A stretch of 64,000 nt of DNA from Dehalococcoidales bacterium (GTDB taxonomy: Bacteria > Chloroflexota > Dehalococcoidia > Dehalococcoidales > RBG-16-60-22), in contig DAOULX010000024.1 in NCBI GenBank assembly GCA_034414775.1, positions 24,559 through 88,558 on the forward strand, given 5' to 3'. The notes under the pieces were generated by a model that had not been told where the DNA came from, did not search any database, and saw only the letters and a list, made by a program, of their open reading frames with translations. The position numbers were made by a program, and so were the translations under genes. Below are positions 47,746 through 58,359 of the stretch, piece by piece (positions within the stretch are counted from its first letter, which is position 1; every line of letters begins with the position of its first letter).

Positions 47746-48366
47746 ATGCTCGCAGCGCTGGGAACGGTAATAGTGACTTCGCTTTCCGGGGTCATGATGC
47801 CGGGTCCGATGTTCACAGTTACCCTGGCCAAGAGCCTGAAATCACAGTGGGCCGGCGTATGGGTGTCCCTGGGCCACGCCGTCATCGAGGTGCCGCTGAT
47901 ACTGCTGGTGTATTTCGGGCTGGCGCGGTTCTTCCAGAACGACATAGTGCAGGTGGCCCTTTCCGTGGCCGGGGGCGGGATGATCATCTGGATGGGCGTC
48001 GGACTGTTACGTGCCCGCCGTGAGCTTGCCCGGGAAGGGAAAGACACCAGCTATAACGCCTTTACCGCCGGTATCCTGATGAGCGGCCTCAATCCGTTCT
48101 TTCTGGTGTGGTGGGTAACGGTGGGCAGCCTGCTGCTGATTACATTTCTGGACTCCGTGGGCGCCTGGGGCCTGCCGCTCTTCGTCGTCGTGCACTGGCT
48201 CTGCGACCTCGTCTGGCTTTCCCTGGTCTCTTTCTCGGTTTACCGGACGCACACCTTCTGGGGGCCGCGGGTACAGGAGTGGGTCTTCATCGTGCTGAGC
48301 CTGGCGCTGCTCTATTTCGGGGGGCAGTTCATCGTCAAAGGATTGATAGGGTATTTCGGTAGCTAG
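47746..48366 (+). CDS. LysE-family translocator
   Basis: SGVMMPGPMF, GHAVIE, NPFFLVWW, VHWLCD. Confidence 0.88.
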   Translation: MLAALGTVIVTSLSGVMMPGPMFTVTLAKSLKSQWAGVWVSLGHAVIEVPLILLVYFGLARFFQNDIVQVALSVAGGGMIIWMGVGLLRARRELAREGKDTSYNAFTAGILMSGLNPFFLVWWVTVGSLLLITFLDSVGAWGLPLFVVVHWLCDLVWLSLVSFSVYRTHTFWGPRVQEWVFIVLSLALLYFGGQFIVKGLIGYFGS

Positions 48367-48369
48367 CTG

Positions 48370-49278
48370 TCAGTCCTTCTTCTCCTCACACACTATCTGG
48401 CATTCCGGACAATTGCCGTCACAGGGCTCTACGTGTATCGTTACATCAGTATCGCCCAGGCGCTGCTTGATGTCCTCCTCGAGATGGTCGGCCATATCAT
48501 GCGCTTCCCGTACGCTGATGTGCCGCGGCATGACCAGGTGCAGGTCGATATAGCGCTGCTTTCCGGCCTTACGGGTACGCAGCTTGTGGAAGCTGACCAC
48601 CTCGCCGCCGAAATGCTCGGTAATGGCATCACTGATGGCAGCTTCCTCCTCCTCCGGTAGCTTGACATCCACCAGCCCTCCCAGGGAGTACCGCAGCACG
48701 TCGATGGCGATTTTCAGGATGAACAGGGCGACAATCCCCGCCAGGACAGCATCGATGATGGCCAGGTTGGTGAAACGTACCACCAATAGTCCGATCAGGA
48801 CCGCCGCCGCCGAATAGACATCGGCGGCGATATTGCGGGCATTGGCCTCCAGCGCCGGGGAGTCTTCCCGTTTAGCGACCCGCCGTAGATAGCGCGAGAG
48901 GAAAACGCTGACGATGATAGAGACTACCATAACGGCGATACCGGCCTCGGTCATTTCCAGTAGGGCATCGGCCTGGATGCGGCGTATCGCCGAATAGATG
49001 ATGGAACCACCGGCGATGAAAATCAGCCCGGCCTGGATGATGGCGGCGATGTTCTCCGCCTTGCCGTGACCGAAGGGATGTTCGACGTCAGCCGGTTGGG
49101 CGGCGAACCGGATAGCTAAAAAAGTAACACTGACGGCAAAAAGGTCGAGGAAGCTATCGATCGCCTGCGCCAGCACGCTAAGGCTGCCGGTAACAACGCC
49201 GACGGCAACTTTCAGGATAACCAGGCCAATAACAGCTATCAGGGATAATCGAGTCGCGCCGCTCGGGCCGGAAAACAT
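48370..49278 (-). CDS. Cation diffusion facilitator (FieF-like)
   Basis: AIDSFLD, HPFGHGKAE, NIAADVYS, KLRTRKAG..IDLH, TIHVEP. Confidence 0.93.
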   Translation of the reverse strand: MFSGPSGATRLSLIAVIGLVILKVAVGVVTGSLSVLAQAIDSFLDLFAVSVTFLAIRFAAQPADVEHPFGHGKAENIAAIIQAGLIFIAGGSIIYSAIRRIQADALLEMTEAGIAVMVVSIIVSVFLSRYLRRVAKREDSPALEANARNIAADVYSAAAVLIGLLVVRFTNLAIIDAVLAGIVALFILKIAIDVLRYSLGGLVDVKLPEEEEAAISDAITEHFGGEVVSFHKLRTRKAGKQRYIDLHLVMPRHISVREAHDMADHLEEDIKQRLGDTDVTIHVEPCDGNCPECQIVCEEKKD

Positions 49279-49294
49279 AGGGGCATCACCCCCT

Positions 49295-50212
49295 CTAGGC
49301 TTTCTGCAGGGAAGGACGGCGGAAAGGAATGAACCTGCCCCACTCGCGTTTGTCCCAGACCACCAGCAGTGATGGCGCCACGAAAACGGAGTCAAACGTT
49401 CCGGCGATAATGCCGATAAGGAGAACGATGGCGAAGTTCTGTATGGAAGAGCCGACGAATAGCAGGATAGCCAGAACTGTAATCAGCGTCGTGAGGCTGG
49501 TGTTCATGGACCGGGCCATGGTCTCCACCTGGCTGTTGTTGACCACGACTTCGAAGCTGGGGCTGACGCCCCGGATCAGGTTCTCCCGTATCCGGTCGAA
49601 AACCACGATAGTATTGTTAATGCTATAGCCGATGATGGCCAGCATCCCGGTGATGAACATCAGGTTGATCTCCCAACCCATTATGGCGCTGAGTATCGAG
49701 AAGACGCCCAGGGCCACCAGGGCATCGTGGATGAGGGCGATAACAGCGCAGGTGCCGTAGCGGAACGGCCGCGGCATGCGGCGAAAGGCCCAAGTAACGT
49801 AAAGCAGAATGCCTATGGAGGCCACGGCCACGGCGATGATGGCGTTATTAACCGTCTCCGCGGCTGCCTGTGGGGAGACGGAGCTGAAACTGGCCTCGGT
49901 AAACGCTCCGAACCTTTCCCGGAGGCCGGCCTCAATGGCCGCCTTTTCTTCATCGGAAAGCTCCTGGGTACGGATCAGGAAATCACCCGAGCCCGTTTCC
50001 TGGACGATAGCGTCTGGGTAGCCAAGGGAAGCTATCTCCTCAGTGAAATCGTTATATTCAACCGGCTGCTCGAAGGCCACCGTCAGTATCGAGCCGCTGC
50101 TGAACTCGATTCCCGGTTTCAAACCCGCCGTCGCCAGGGCGATGATGCTGATCAGGATCAGCAGACCGGAGATGAGAAAATACCAGCTTCTTTTTCCGAT
50201 GATGTTGTACAT
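49295..50212 (-). CDS. secF: Protein translocase subunit SecF
   Basis: GIEFSSG, IHD, GYSINNTIVVFDRIRE, RSMNTS. Confidence 0.95.
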   Translation of the reverse strand: MYNIIGKRSWYFLISGLLILISIIALATAGLKPGIEFSSGSILTVAFEQPVEYNDFTEEIASLGYPDAIVQETGSGDFLIRTQELSDEEKAAIEAGLRERFGAFTEASFSSVSPQAAAETVNNAIIAVAVASIGILLYVTWAFRRMPRPFRYGTCAVIALIHDALVALGVFSILSAIMGWEINLMFITGMLAIIGYSINNTIVVFDRIRENLIRGVSPSFEVVVNNSQVETMARSMNTSLTTLITVLAILLFVGSSIQNFAIVLLIGIIAGTFDSVFVAPSLLVVWDKREWGRFIPFRRPSLQKA

Positions 50213-50213
50213 A

Positions 50214-51770
50214 TTATTTTTTACCCCTGTCCGCGGCGAAAAGCTCCAGCCGTTTACCCAGGGAGGTATGGACAAACACGCGGAGCAGTGTCCTGGTGAA
50301 GATAATGGCGGTAAACATGCTCATGATGACGCCGATAAGCAGTACCACGGCAAAGCCCATGACCTGGGCGCTGGCGATGATGCTGCTGGCCAGCCAGATG
50401 AGGATGACGCAAGCAATGATGGTAGTCACATTGCTATCTAATATAGCTTTCCAGGCGCGGGTGAAACCGGCCTCGGCGGCCGCCCCCAGCGTCCGACCCG
50501 CCCGCATTTCCTCTTTCAGCCTTTCGAAGATAAGCACGTTGGCGTCCACGGCCATGCCGATAGATACGACGAAGCCTCCCACTCCGGCCAGGGATAACGT
50601 AACCGGCCAGAGCTTGAATATGGCCAGTATCACCACCCCATAGAATACCAGCGCCAGGCTTGAAATAAAGCCGGGCAGGCGGTAGTAGAATATCATGAAC
50701 AGCATCACCAGGATGATGCCGATAATGCCGGCTATCCAGGCCAGGCGGATGAAGTTGGCGCCCAGCGTGGCCGAGACCTTCTCCTGGTAAAGAGGTGGTC
50801 TTTTGAGTGGCATTGGCAGCGAGCCGGAGTTAAGCAAATTGGCCAGTTCATCAGCTTCGTCAACGGTAAATCGCCCGGTGATGACGCCGCTACCGTTGAA
50901 TTGCGCGGAGTTAATCCGCGGCGCCGAGAGCAGGCTGTTGTCCAGGAAGATTCCCAGCAGGTACTGGGGGAGATATTCTCCGGTCTCACTGTAGAGGCGC
51001 CGGGCGATATCGTCAAAGATGACGCTGCCCTCGCTGTTCCACTGGATGGCGACCTCGGGCTGCCGCGCCGTATCCTGGCTCAACTGGGGCGCCGCGCTTT
51101 CCAGCAAATCGCCGGTCAGCGCCATGCCAGTATCGCCCCTTGCCGGGATCCAGGAAAGGGCACCGCCGAACTCTTGGAGAGTGGCGTTATCAACCGGATT
51201 GCCGGTGGCGTCCGTGAACTGCAGGACGCCTTCCGTACGGGAAAGAAAGGCGACGGTTTCGTTTTTCGGCTCACCCTCCGGGCTGGTGGTCATCAACACA
51301 AAAATGCGGGTTTCCCCCTCCGCAGCGTCGATGAATTCCAGATTGGCCTGAGTCAGGTAGTCTTTGAGATAGACCGGCTGTCCCTGCTCGTCAAGCTCGG
51401 CTTCCCGGAATTCAAGGAAACCGGTCTGTTCGACCAGGCTCTTAGCAGAGTCGATATCGGTAAATCCCGGGAGCTGGACCATGATACGGTCGTCCCCGAC
51501 CTGCTGGATAACGGGTTCGGCAACACCGTACCGGTCAATACGTTTCTGGATGGTAACCACGGCCCGCTTCATATCGGCGCTTCTCTCCGAGGCCGTTGCG
51601 TTTGCCGTAAAGTCTGCCTCGTAGACCAAATTGACACCACCGACCAGGTCGAGGCCGAGGTGCAATCCCTCCCGGCCCAGCCTTTCACTATCTATCGGTA
51701 GTATGGCCCACAGACCGAAACCGAAGATTATCAAAATAATAACTACGGCGATAGAGGTGTTTCTGGTCAT
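50214..51770 (-). CDS. secD: Protein translocase subunit SecD
   Basis: LGLDLVGG, RIDRYGVAEP, LNSGSLP, GMAVDANVLIFER. Confidence 0.95.
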   Translation of the reverse strand: MTRNTSIAVVIILIIFGFGLWAILPIDSERLGREGLHLGLDLVGGVNLVYEADFTANATASERSADMKRAVVTIQKRIDRYGVAEPVIQQVGDDRIMVQLPGFTDIDSAKSLVEQTGFLEFREAELDEQGQPVYLKDYLTQANLEFIDAAEGETRIFVLMTTSPEGEPKNETVAFLSRTEGVLQFTDATGNPVDNATLQEFGGALSWIPARGDTGMALTGDLLESAAPQLSQDTARQPEVAIQWNSEGSVIFDDIARRLYSETGEYLPQYLLGIFLDNSLLSAPRINSAQFNGSGVITGRFTVDEADELANLLNSGSLPMPLKRPPLYQEKVSATLGANFIRLAWIAGIIGIILVMLFMIFYYRLPGFISSLALVFYGVVILAIFKLWPVTLSLAGVGGFVVSIGMAVDANVLIFERLKEEMRAGRTLGAAAEAGFTRAWKAILDSNVTTIIACVILIWLASSIIASAQVMGFAVVLLIGVIMSMFTAIIFTRTLLRVFVHTSLGKRLELFAADRGKK

Positions 51771-53302
51771 TTGCCTCCCTGAGTCGTCCGGTTACGGGTG
51801 ATCGATGCCGTATTATCCAGGATTTCTTTAACGAGGGCCAAAGCCTGCTGACGTCCGGTGATTTCTCCGGCCGCCCGGGCTTCATTGACGGCCTCCAGGA
51901 GCTCACCGATTTTCGGGCCGGGTTCCAGTCCGAAAGTTTTTATAATATCATTACCATCGACGAGACGGGGTGGAGCTGCCGGTGCTTCAAGGGTAAAGCG
52001 GTTTTCCAATACATAGGCGGCCAGGGCGGTATGCTGCCGCCACTGCTCCGCGTCCAGGGATTTGCCCCGGGTCGCCAGGTGGTCCGCCATGGAGAGGTAA
52101 AGGAGGTCGATCCCGGCGTCACCGAGATCGCGGAAGTAGCGGTAAATCGCGCGGCGGGTGGGGACGCCTTCCTGGCTCATCTGGGTGGGGCGAAGGTGGT
52201 ACCTCACCAGGAGCTCCACGAGCTGTATCTCCCGGTTGCTGAACCGGAGCCTTTCCATGATGGTGGCGGCAATGGTGGAGCCCTCCTGGGGATGGCCGAG
52301 AAACCGCGTCCGGCCTTCGGTGTCGGTCGCCTTGGTCTGTGGCTTGGCGATATCATGAAGGAGAGCTGCCAGCTTGAGAAGTGCTTTTCGCGTGCTACCG
52401 TGGCTGACTTCCCGGTCGAAGTGATGTCGGAGCCGGTCCGACCATGGCACCGAGGCCAGCACATCGGGAGGGGCGTGGTCCCAGTCCTCCTCCCGAAGGA
52501 CGAACTCCAGCGCCGCCACGGTCTCAATGGAGTGCTGGTAAACATCCCAGACATGCACCACGGGCTGGTCGACACCCCTGGTGGGCGCAAGTTCCGGGAT
52601 GATGGAGGTCAACAGCCCCAGCTTGCCGAGACGGCCCAGGCGGGACCCGCGGCCTGGTAGGGCCAGCAGTCGCAGTAGCTCCTCCCGGGTCCTTTCCCCG
52701 GCCACGTTGGCAATGAGGGCAGCATCACGGCGTATCAGGTCTTCGGTGGCGGTGTCGATATCGAAACCCAGCTCGCCGGCGATGCGCAACGCCCGGACGA
52801 GGCGGATGGGATCATCCTGGAATACCGTATCCCGCACGGCCTGCAAGGCCTTGCGGCACAGGTCATCACGGCCGTGAAAAGGGTCGATCAGGTTGTCTAT
52901 GTCGAAGGCCGTGTCGATAGCGTTATCCAGCTTGAGCGCCATACTGTTGATGGTGAAATCGCGCCGGGCGAGGTCATCTTCGATGTCGCACTGTAGGGTG
53001 GTAAAGTCGATGTGATAAGCGCTATCGGTGAAGATGACCCGGCCAATGCGGTCCTTTTCATCGAGCTTGACATACCGGCCTCCGAGGGCGCTGGCAGCCC
53101 GTGAGGCCGTCGTCAGTCCATCCGCGGCAATGGCAATGTCGATGTCCGCCGTATCGCGCCCCAACAGCATGTCGCGAACAAAGCCACCGACCAGATAGGC
53201 GGGAATTCCTTCATCAATAAGGAACCGGTTAATCCTGGAGAGTATCTTCAAAGCGTCGGGGTTGACGGCTGGTTTCAAATCACTCACCGTGTGAAGAGGC
53301 AT
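51767..53302 (-). CDS. CCA-adding enzyme / poly(A) polymerase family nucleotidyltransferase with HD domain
   Basis: VGGFVRD..DIDI, RRDFTIN, DDPIRLVRA, LLHDIAK; start uncertain. Confidence 0.92.
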   Translation of the reverse strand: MPLHTVSDLKPAVNPDALKILSRINRFLIDEGIPAYLVGGFVRDMLLGRDTADIDIAIAADGLTTASRAASALGGRYVKLDEKDRIGRVIFTDSAYHIDFTTLQCDIEDDLARRDFTINSMALKLDNAIDTAFDIDNLIDPFHGRDDLCRKALQAVRDTVFQDDPIRLVRALRIAGELGFDIDTATEDLIRRDAALIANVAGERTREELLRLLALPGRGSRLGRLGKLGLLTSIIPELAPTRGVDQPVVHVWDVYQHSIETVAALEFVLREEDWDHAPPDVLASVPWSDRLRHHFDREVSHGSTRKALLKLAALLHDIAKPQTKATDTEGRTRFLGHPQEGSTIAATIMERLRFSNREIQLVELLVRYHLRPTQMSQEGVPTRRAIYRYFRDLGDAGIDLLYLSMADHLATRGKSLDAEQWRQHTALAAYVLENRFTLEAPAAPPRLVDGNDIIKTFGLEPGPKIGELLEAVNEARAAGEITGRQQALALVKEILDNTASITRNRTTQGGK

Positions 53303-53445
53303 TTGTTTAACTATACTATCCAGCGGGAAATTTATCAAGTGGCCGCACTCGTAAATCAGGTACAAGCAACCCCTAATGGCGTCCTGGTTTTTCAGTGAGT
53401 CACACCTTGACGCTGGTGCGAGACACGGTTTAAGATTACCTTGAA

Positions 53446-54189
53446 ATGGACGATAAGAACATCGTTTACGCCAAGCGCGGCCACGTTGGTGCAATCACGC
53501 TTGACCAGCCGGAGGCGGGTAATGCTCTCGATGTGGGTATGGCGGCGGAGATCGGAGAAGTCTGTGCCCTTATCAACCAGGACAACGACGTATATGCTGT
53601 GACGTTGACCGGGGCCGGTAGTACATTTTGTATCGGCGGGGAGGACACCGCCGAAGCTGGAAGGTACCACCCGGCCGCTGCCATCGCCGGCATTGACCGG
53701 CCGGTTATCGCCGTTATCAACGGCGATGCCTTGGGCCAGGGTCTGGAGCTGGCGTTGAGCTGTGATATCCGCATCGCCGCGACAGGGGCACGCCTGGGCT
53801 TACCGCAGGTAGGCGCCGGACGCATTCCCATCGATGGCGGCACCCAGCGGCTCCCTCGTATCGTGGGGCGGGGCAAGGCTTTGGAGCTCCTCATGACCGG
53901 CGAGGCGGTTACGGCCGAAGAAGCCCTGGAGATCGGGCTGGTGAGCCGGGTCGTGCCATCGGGAGAGCTGGCGGGGGAGGCGGATAAACTGGCGGAGACC
54001 ATCGCCGCCAAGGGACCGATCGCCCTGCGCTACCTCAAGGAGGCGGTGACTAAAGGGCTGGACATGACCCTGGAACAGGGACTGCGGTTGGAAGCCGATC
54101 TCTACTTTCTGCTGCATACCACCGCCGACCGCGCCGAGGGTATCAAGGCCTTCCGGCAGAAGCGGGAGCCGGAGTTTAAGGGAGAATAA
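53446..54189 (+). CDS. Enoyl-CoA hydratase/isomerase family protein 1
   Basis: AVINGDALGQGLELAL.CDIR, GGTQRLPR; Gln at the second catalytic Glu position (GLPQV). Confidence 0.9.
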   Translation: MDDKNIVYAKRGHVGAITLDQPEAGNALDVGMAAEIGEVCALINQDNDVYAVTLTGAGSTFCIGGEDTAEAGRYHPAAAIAGIDRPVIAVINGDALGQGLELALSCDIRIAATGARLGLPQVGAGRIPIDGGTQRLPRIVGRGKALELLMTGEAVTAEEALEIGLVSRVVPSGELAGEADKLAETIAAKGPIALRYLKEAVTKGLDMTLEQGLRLEADLYFLLHTTADRAEGIKAFRQKREPEFKGE

Positions 54190-54206
54190 ATAGGGAGGCA
54201 GACTAA

Positions 54207-54401
54207 ATGAGGAACCATGTACCTGAGATTTTAGCCGTAATAGCTCTAGTACTCGCTTTGGTCGGGCTGCTACACCAGATTTTTACTTCCGAAGAGGCAT
54301 GGTTCAGCTGGCAGCAGTTCTGGCACCACGAACCCTTGATAATAGTCTGCGTCGTAGCCGCCGTAGCTTTGGTGGCAGGTAAATATCTCGGGAGACTTTG
54401 A
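54207..54401 (+). CDS. Small two-helix membrane protein (64 aa)
   Basis: GGAGG RBS, two hydrophobic segments, operonic spacing. Confidence 0.65.
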   Translation: MRNHVPEILAVIALVLALVGLLHQIFTSEEAWFSWQQFWHHEPLIIVCVVAAVALVAGKYLGRL

Positions 54402-54418
54402 CCGTACCCCGGTGGCTA

Positions 54419-55153
54419 ATGGCTGATTTTGAGACCATCATCTACGAAAAAAAGGACGGCACCGCCCATATAACCTTGAACCGCCCGCAGGCACTCAATG
54501 CCTATAACATCAGGATGCGGGACGAGCTGTATGAAGTGCTCGGCGCCATCCGGGACGACCCGGAGGTCCTGGTGGTGGTTCTGAAAGGAGCCGGGGAAAA
54601 GGCCTTCTGCGCCGGTGCCGACCTCAGCGAGTTTCTCACGGCGCCCGCGCCGGTCTTCGCCCGGCAGGCCCGCTTCGAGAGAGACGTCTGGGGGCGTTTA
54701 CTGGCCCTGGAAAAGCCGGTCATCGCCGCCCTGCACGGCTACGTCCTCGGCTCCGGCATCGAGATGGCCCTCTGCTGTGATATCCGCCTGGCCTCCGATG
54801 ATGCCAGGTTCGGCCTGCCGGAGCCGGGACTGGGCATTATCCCGGCGGCGGGGGGTAGCCAGACCCTCCCGCGGATTATCGGCCCGGCGGCCGCGCTGGA
54901 GATGCTGCTGAGCGGGCGATGGATTACGGCGGCAGAAGCGCTCAAGCTCAAGTTGGTTAACCGCGTCTTGCCTCGCCCGGATCTATATTCCGAGGCCGAA
55001 AAGATGGCGGGGAAGATAAAGTCCCATCCTGCTGCGACGGTGCGCTCTATCAAGCGGGCGGTCACCCAGGGACTTGATCGGCCTCTTTCGCACGGACTGG
55101 AGCTGGAGGGGAGGGTGGGGCAGAGATTGAGGGTTACACTACCTCAGGTTTGA
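54419..55153 (+). CDS. Enoyl-CoA hydratase/isomerase family protein 2
   Basis: LNRP..LNA, FCAGADL, GSGIEMAL, GLPE..LGIIP. Confidence 0.92.
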   Translation: MADFETIIYEKKDGTAHITLNRPQALNAYNIRMRDELYEVLGAIRDDPEVLVVVLKGAGEKAFCAGADLSEFLTAPAPVFARQARFERDVWGRLLALEKPVIAALHGYVLGSGIEMALCCDIRLASDDARFGLPEPGLGIIPAAGGSQTLPRIIGPAAALEMLLSGRWITAAEALKLKLVNRVLPRPDLYSEAEKMAGKIKSHPAATVRSIKRAVTQGLDRPLSHGLELEGRVGQRLRVTLPQV

Positions 55154-55220
55154 TTTTTTTCTCCTTTCCGGGCTAGAATATCACGTCAGCCCCAAAATTA
55201 ATCATCCAGGGAGGTAAACG

Positions 55221-56777
55221 GTGAACACTACGGAGTTCCTCAGCATCGCTTCGGCCATCTGCCCCGACAAAACGTCAATCGTTTTCGAGGGGAAACGGTA
55301 TACTTTCAGCCAGCTCAACGAGAGGGTCAACCGCCTGGCCAACGGCCTCATGAAGCTGGGCGCAAAAAAGGATGCCGTCATTGCTTTTCTCCAGGTCAAC
55401 TGCAACCAGTGTGTCGAGACGTATTTTGCCGTGGCCAAAACGGGGGCCATATACCTGCCGCTGAACTTCCGGGCCAAGGAGAAAGAGCTTACCTATATGC
55501 TCAATACCGCCGAGGCCTCCGTGCTGATCGCCGGCGAGCGCTATATACCCCTGATACAGTCCATCCAGCCCGGACTCAAATACCTCGAGCATCTCGTCTC
55601 GCTGGAGAGCAAGCATGACGACATGCTCTATTACGAGGACATTATCAGTGAGTCGCCGGATGATGAACCGGTGGCTGAAATAATCGATGATGAGACCACT
55701 ATCCTGATGTACACCGCCGGCACGACCGGTTTCCCCAAGGGCGTGATGCTCTCACACAACAGCTTCAGCACCTATGTCCTGGAGAACGTTTCCCCGCCCG
55801 ACCCCGACCTTTCCGAGGTCAACATCTTGACCGTACCGCTTTACCATGTCGCCGGTATCCAGGCGATGATGGCGGCCATCTACGGCGGCCGAACGCTGGT
55901 AATGGAACGCCAGTTCGAGCCGGAGGAGTGGATGACCCTGGTCGAGAACGAGAAGGCCAACCGGGCCATGATGGTGCCTACCATGCTCAAACAGCTCCTC
56001 GACCATCCCGATTTCAAGAAGCACGACCTGACTAGCCTGAAGGTGATCACCTATGGCGCTGCCCCGATGCCGCTGCCGGTCATCAGGAAGGCATTGGAAG
56101 AGTTCCCCGGCGTCAGCTTTATCAACGCCTTCGGGCAGACGGAAACGGCCTCGACGATTACCGCCCTAGGGCCGGAGGACCACGTCCTTACCGGCACGCC
56201 GGAGGAGAGGGAGAAGAAGCTTAAAAGACTGGCGTCCATCGGCAAACCGATGGCCGACGTCGAAATGAAGGTCGTCGACGATGACGGCAAAACGCTCGGC
56301 CCCAACGAGGTCGGCGAGATCCTGGCCCGGGGCCCGCGCGCCATGAGCGGCTACGGGAAGGACGAGGAAAAGCCCGCCAAGACACTCGACAAGGACGGCT
56401 GGGGGCATACCGGGGACGTTGGCTATGTGGACGAGGACGGCTACTATTTCCTGGCCGGGCGCTCCAGCGATATTATCATCCGGGCGGGGGAGAACATCTC
56501 CCCCGAGGAGCTGGAAAACGTCATCCGCGAGCACCCCGATGTCGATGACGTCGCCGTCATCGGCCTGCCGGACGAGACCTGGGGCGAGGAGCCGCGGGCG
56601 GTGGTCATTCCCAAGAAGGGTGAAAAGGTAGCCGAAGCCGATATAATGGAGTGGTGCCGCGAGCGCCTGGCCAGCTTCAAACGGCCACGCTCGGTGGTCT
56701 TCGTGGACGACCTTCCCCGCAATCCCATGGGAAAGCTCGTCAAGAAAGATATAAGAGAAATGTACGGAAAGCCGTAG
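55221..56777 (+). CDS. fadD: Long-chain fatty-acid--CoA ligase (adenylate-forming enzyme)
   Basis: YTAGTTGFPKG, FGQTE, TGD, GRSSDII, PRNPMGK. Confidence 0.92.
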   Translation: MNTTEFLSIASAICPDKTSIVFEGKRYTFSQLNERVNRLANGLMKLGAKKDAVIAFLQVNCNQCVETYFAVAKTGAIYLPLNFRAKEKELTYMLNTAEASVLIAGERYIPLIQSIQPGLKYLEHLVSLESKHDDMLYYEDIISESPDDEPVAEIIDDETTILMYTAGTTGFPKGVMLSHNSFSTYVLENVSPPDPDLSEVNILTVPLYHVAGIQAMMAAIYGGRTLVMERQFEPEEWMTLVENEKANRAMMVPTMLKQLLDHPDFKKHDLTSLKVITYGAAPMPLPVIRKALEEFPGVSFINAFGQTETASTITALGPEDHVLTGTPEEREKKLKRLASIGKPMADVEMKVVDDDGKTLGPNEVGEILARGPRAMSGYGKDEEKPAKTLDKDGWGHTGDVGYVDEDGYYFLAGRSSDIIIRAGENISPEELENVIREHPDVDDVAVIGLPDETWGEEPRAVVIPKKGEKVAEADIMEWCRERLASFKRPRSVVFVDDLPRNPMGKLVKKDIREMYGKP

Positions 56778-56828
56778 GACCTGGTACAACCGATATTCTT
56801 GCCTGAAGCGGTAAAAGGAAAGAGTGAA

Positions 56829-57317
56829 ATGTATCAGAAAATCCTGGTCCCGCTTGATGGCTCGGAACTGGCCGAATGTGTTTTTCCTCATGTTGAATCG
56901 ATTGTCAAGGGGTGCCAGGTACCCGAAGTCGTTTTCATCAGAGTTGTCGAGCCGGTGAGTTTGCCTCAAGGAACCATCACCGACGGAGGCACCATATACA
57001 CCGAGGCGGATGCGGCCAAGGCACGAGAAAGCTCGGATGCCATGAACAAGGCCGATGCAGAGAACTATCTTAGCGATATTGCCAGCCGCTTTCAGTACGG
57101 TAACGCCAGGAATCAGACGGTCGTCCTTACCGGCAAGGCCGCCGAGACCATTGCTGATTATGCGGAAAAGAACGACATTGACCTTATTATCATCGCCACC
57201 CACGGCCGGTCGGGGATCAGTCGCTGGGTTTGGGGCGGCTCGGCGGACAAAATCCTTCGCTCCGCCTGCGTGCCGTTGCTCATGATTCGCGCCCCCGGCT
57301 GCGTGCCGGGTATATAG
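56829..57317 (+). CDS. Universal stress protein
   Basis: YQKILVPLDGS, IATHGRSG, GGSADKILR. Confidence 0.92.
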   Translation: MYQKILVPLDGSELAECVFPHVESIVKGCQVPEVVFIRVVEPVSLPQGTITDGGTIYTEADAAKARESSDAMNKADAENYLSDIASRFQYGNARNQTVVLTGKAAETIADYAEKNDIDLIIIATHGRSGISRWVWGGSADKILRSACVPLLMIRAPGCVPGI

Positions 57318-57327
57318 CCATGCCCCC

Positions 57328-58359
57328 ATGCAAACCTCCCCCTTATCTGCTATACTTCTACTCGAAATGCAGCGCCAGGTAAATACAAGCCTTGCCGAAA
57401 AGGTCCTCAAGGGCGATATCCAGGCCGCCGCCCGGCTTATCAGTCTCATTGAGGAAGGGTCTCCCAAGACCTATGACGAACTCAACAAGTTATACCCGCA
57501 TAGCGGCAAGGCTTATGTTGTCGGCTTTACCGGTGCGCCCGGCGTCGGTAAAAGTACTCTCATCGATGCACTCATCACGCATTTCCGCAGCCAGAACAAG
57601 ACCATCGGCGTAATAGCGGTCGACCCCACCAGCGCCCGTACCGGCGGGGCGTTGCTCGGGGACCGGGTGCGCATGCAGCGGCACGGCGCCGATCCGCATA
57701 TTTTTATCCGCAGCCTGGCCACGCGGGGATGGGAGGGGGGTCTCGCCAGGGCGGCTATCGGCACTGTTCGTGTCATGGACGCCCTGGGACGGGATATCAT
57801 CCTGGTGGAAACGGTCGGCTCGGGGCAGGTCGATGTGGATATCGTCCGGGCGGCGGATACGACCGTCCTCGTAATGGCCCCCGGTGCCGGTGACGAAATC
57901 CAGGCCATGAAGGCCGGCATCCTCGAGGCCGCCGATATCATCGTTGTCAATAAGGCGGACCTGTAGGGAACCATCGGCCTGAAAAACGACCTGGAAGCTA
58001 TGCTGGGAATGGCCCGGGATTCGGGGCAGGGGACACCGATTGTTGTTACAGAAGCTGTGCATGAGAAGGGTATCGCCGAGCTGGCCGGGACAATCCAGCG
58101 ACATCGTGAAGAACTGGTCTCTGATGGAAAAATAACCCAACGCCGCCGGGAAAGGGTTCGGCTGGAACTGCTGGTGGCGGTGGAAGGATTCATCCGGGAC
58201 GGTCTTAGCGGAATTGAGGCCGGCGGTGATCTAGACAGGCTGGTGGACGGTCTGGTTGAAGGAAAGACATCGCCATACAGGGCTGCCCTGGAGATTGTGG
58301 GGATGCTAGGCAGGCATCTGGATACACTAGTCCGGGACAGGGGAAAAGATGGACTTTGA
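57328..58359 (+). pseudogene. meaB: MeaB/ArgK G-protein chaperone split by an in-frame TAG (57964-57966)
   Basis: TGAPGVGKS, DPTS..GGALLGDR.RM, ETVG.GQ, GDEIQ.MKAG, VNKAD; the downstream ORF 58000-58359 continues in the same frame. Confidence 0.85.

Noticed and set aside
57964-57966. Pyrrolysine at the meaB TAG
   Set aside because: Non-catalytic variable position, not a methyltransferase, and no pyl genes in the window
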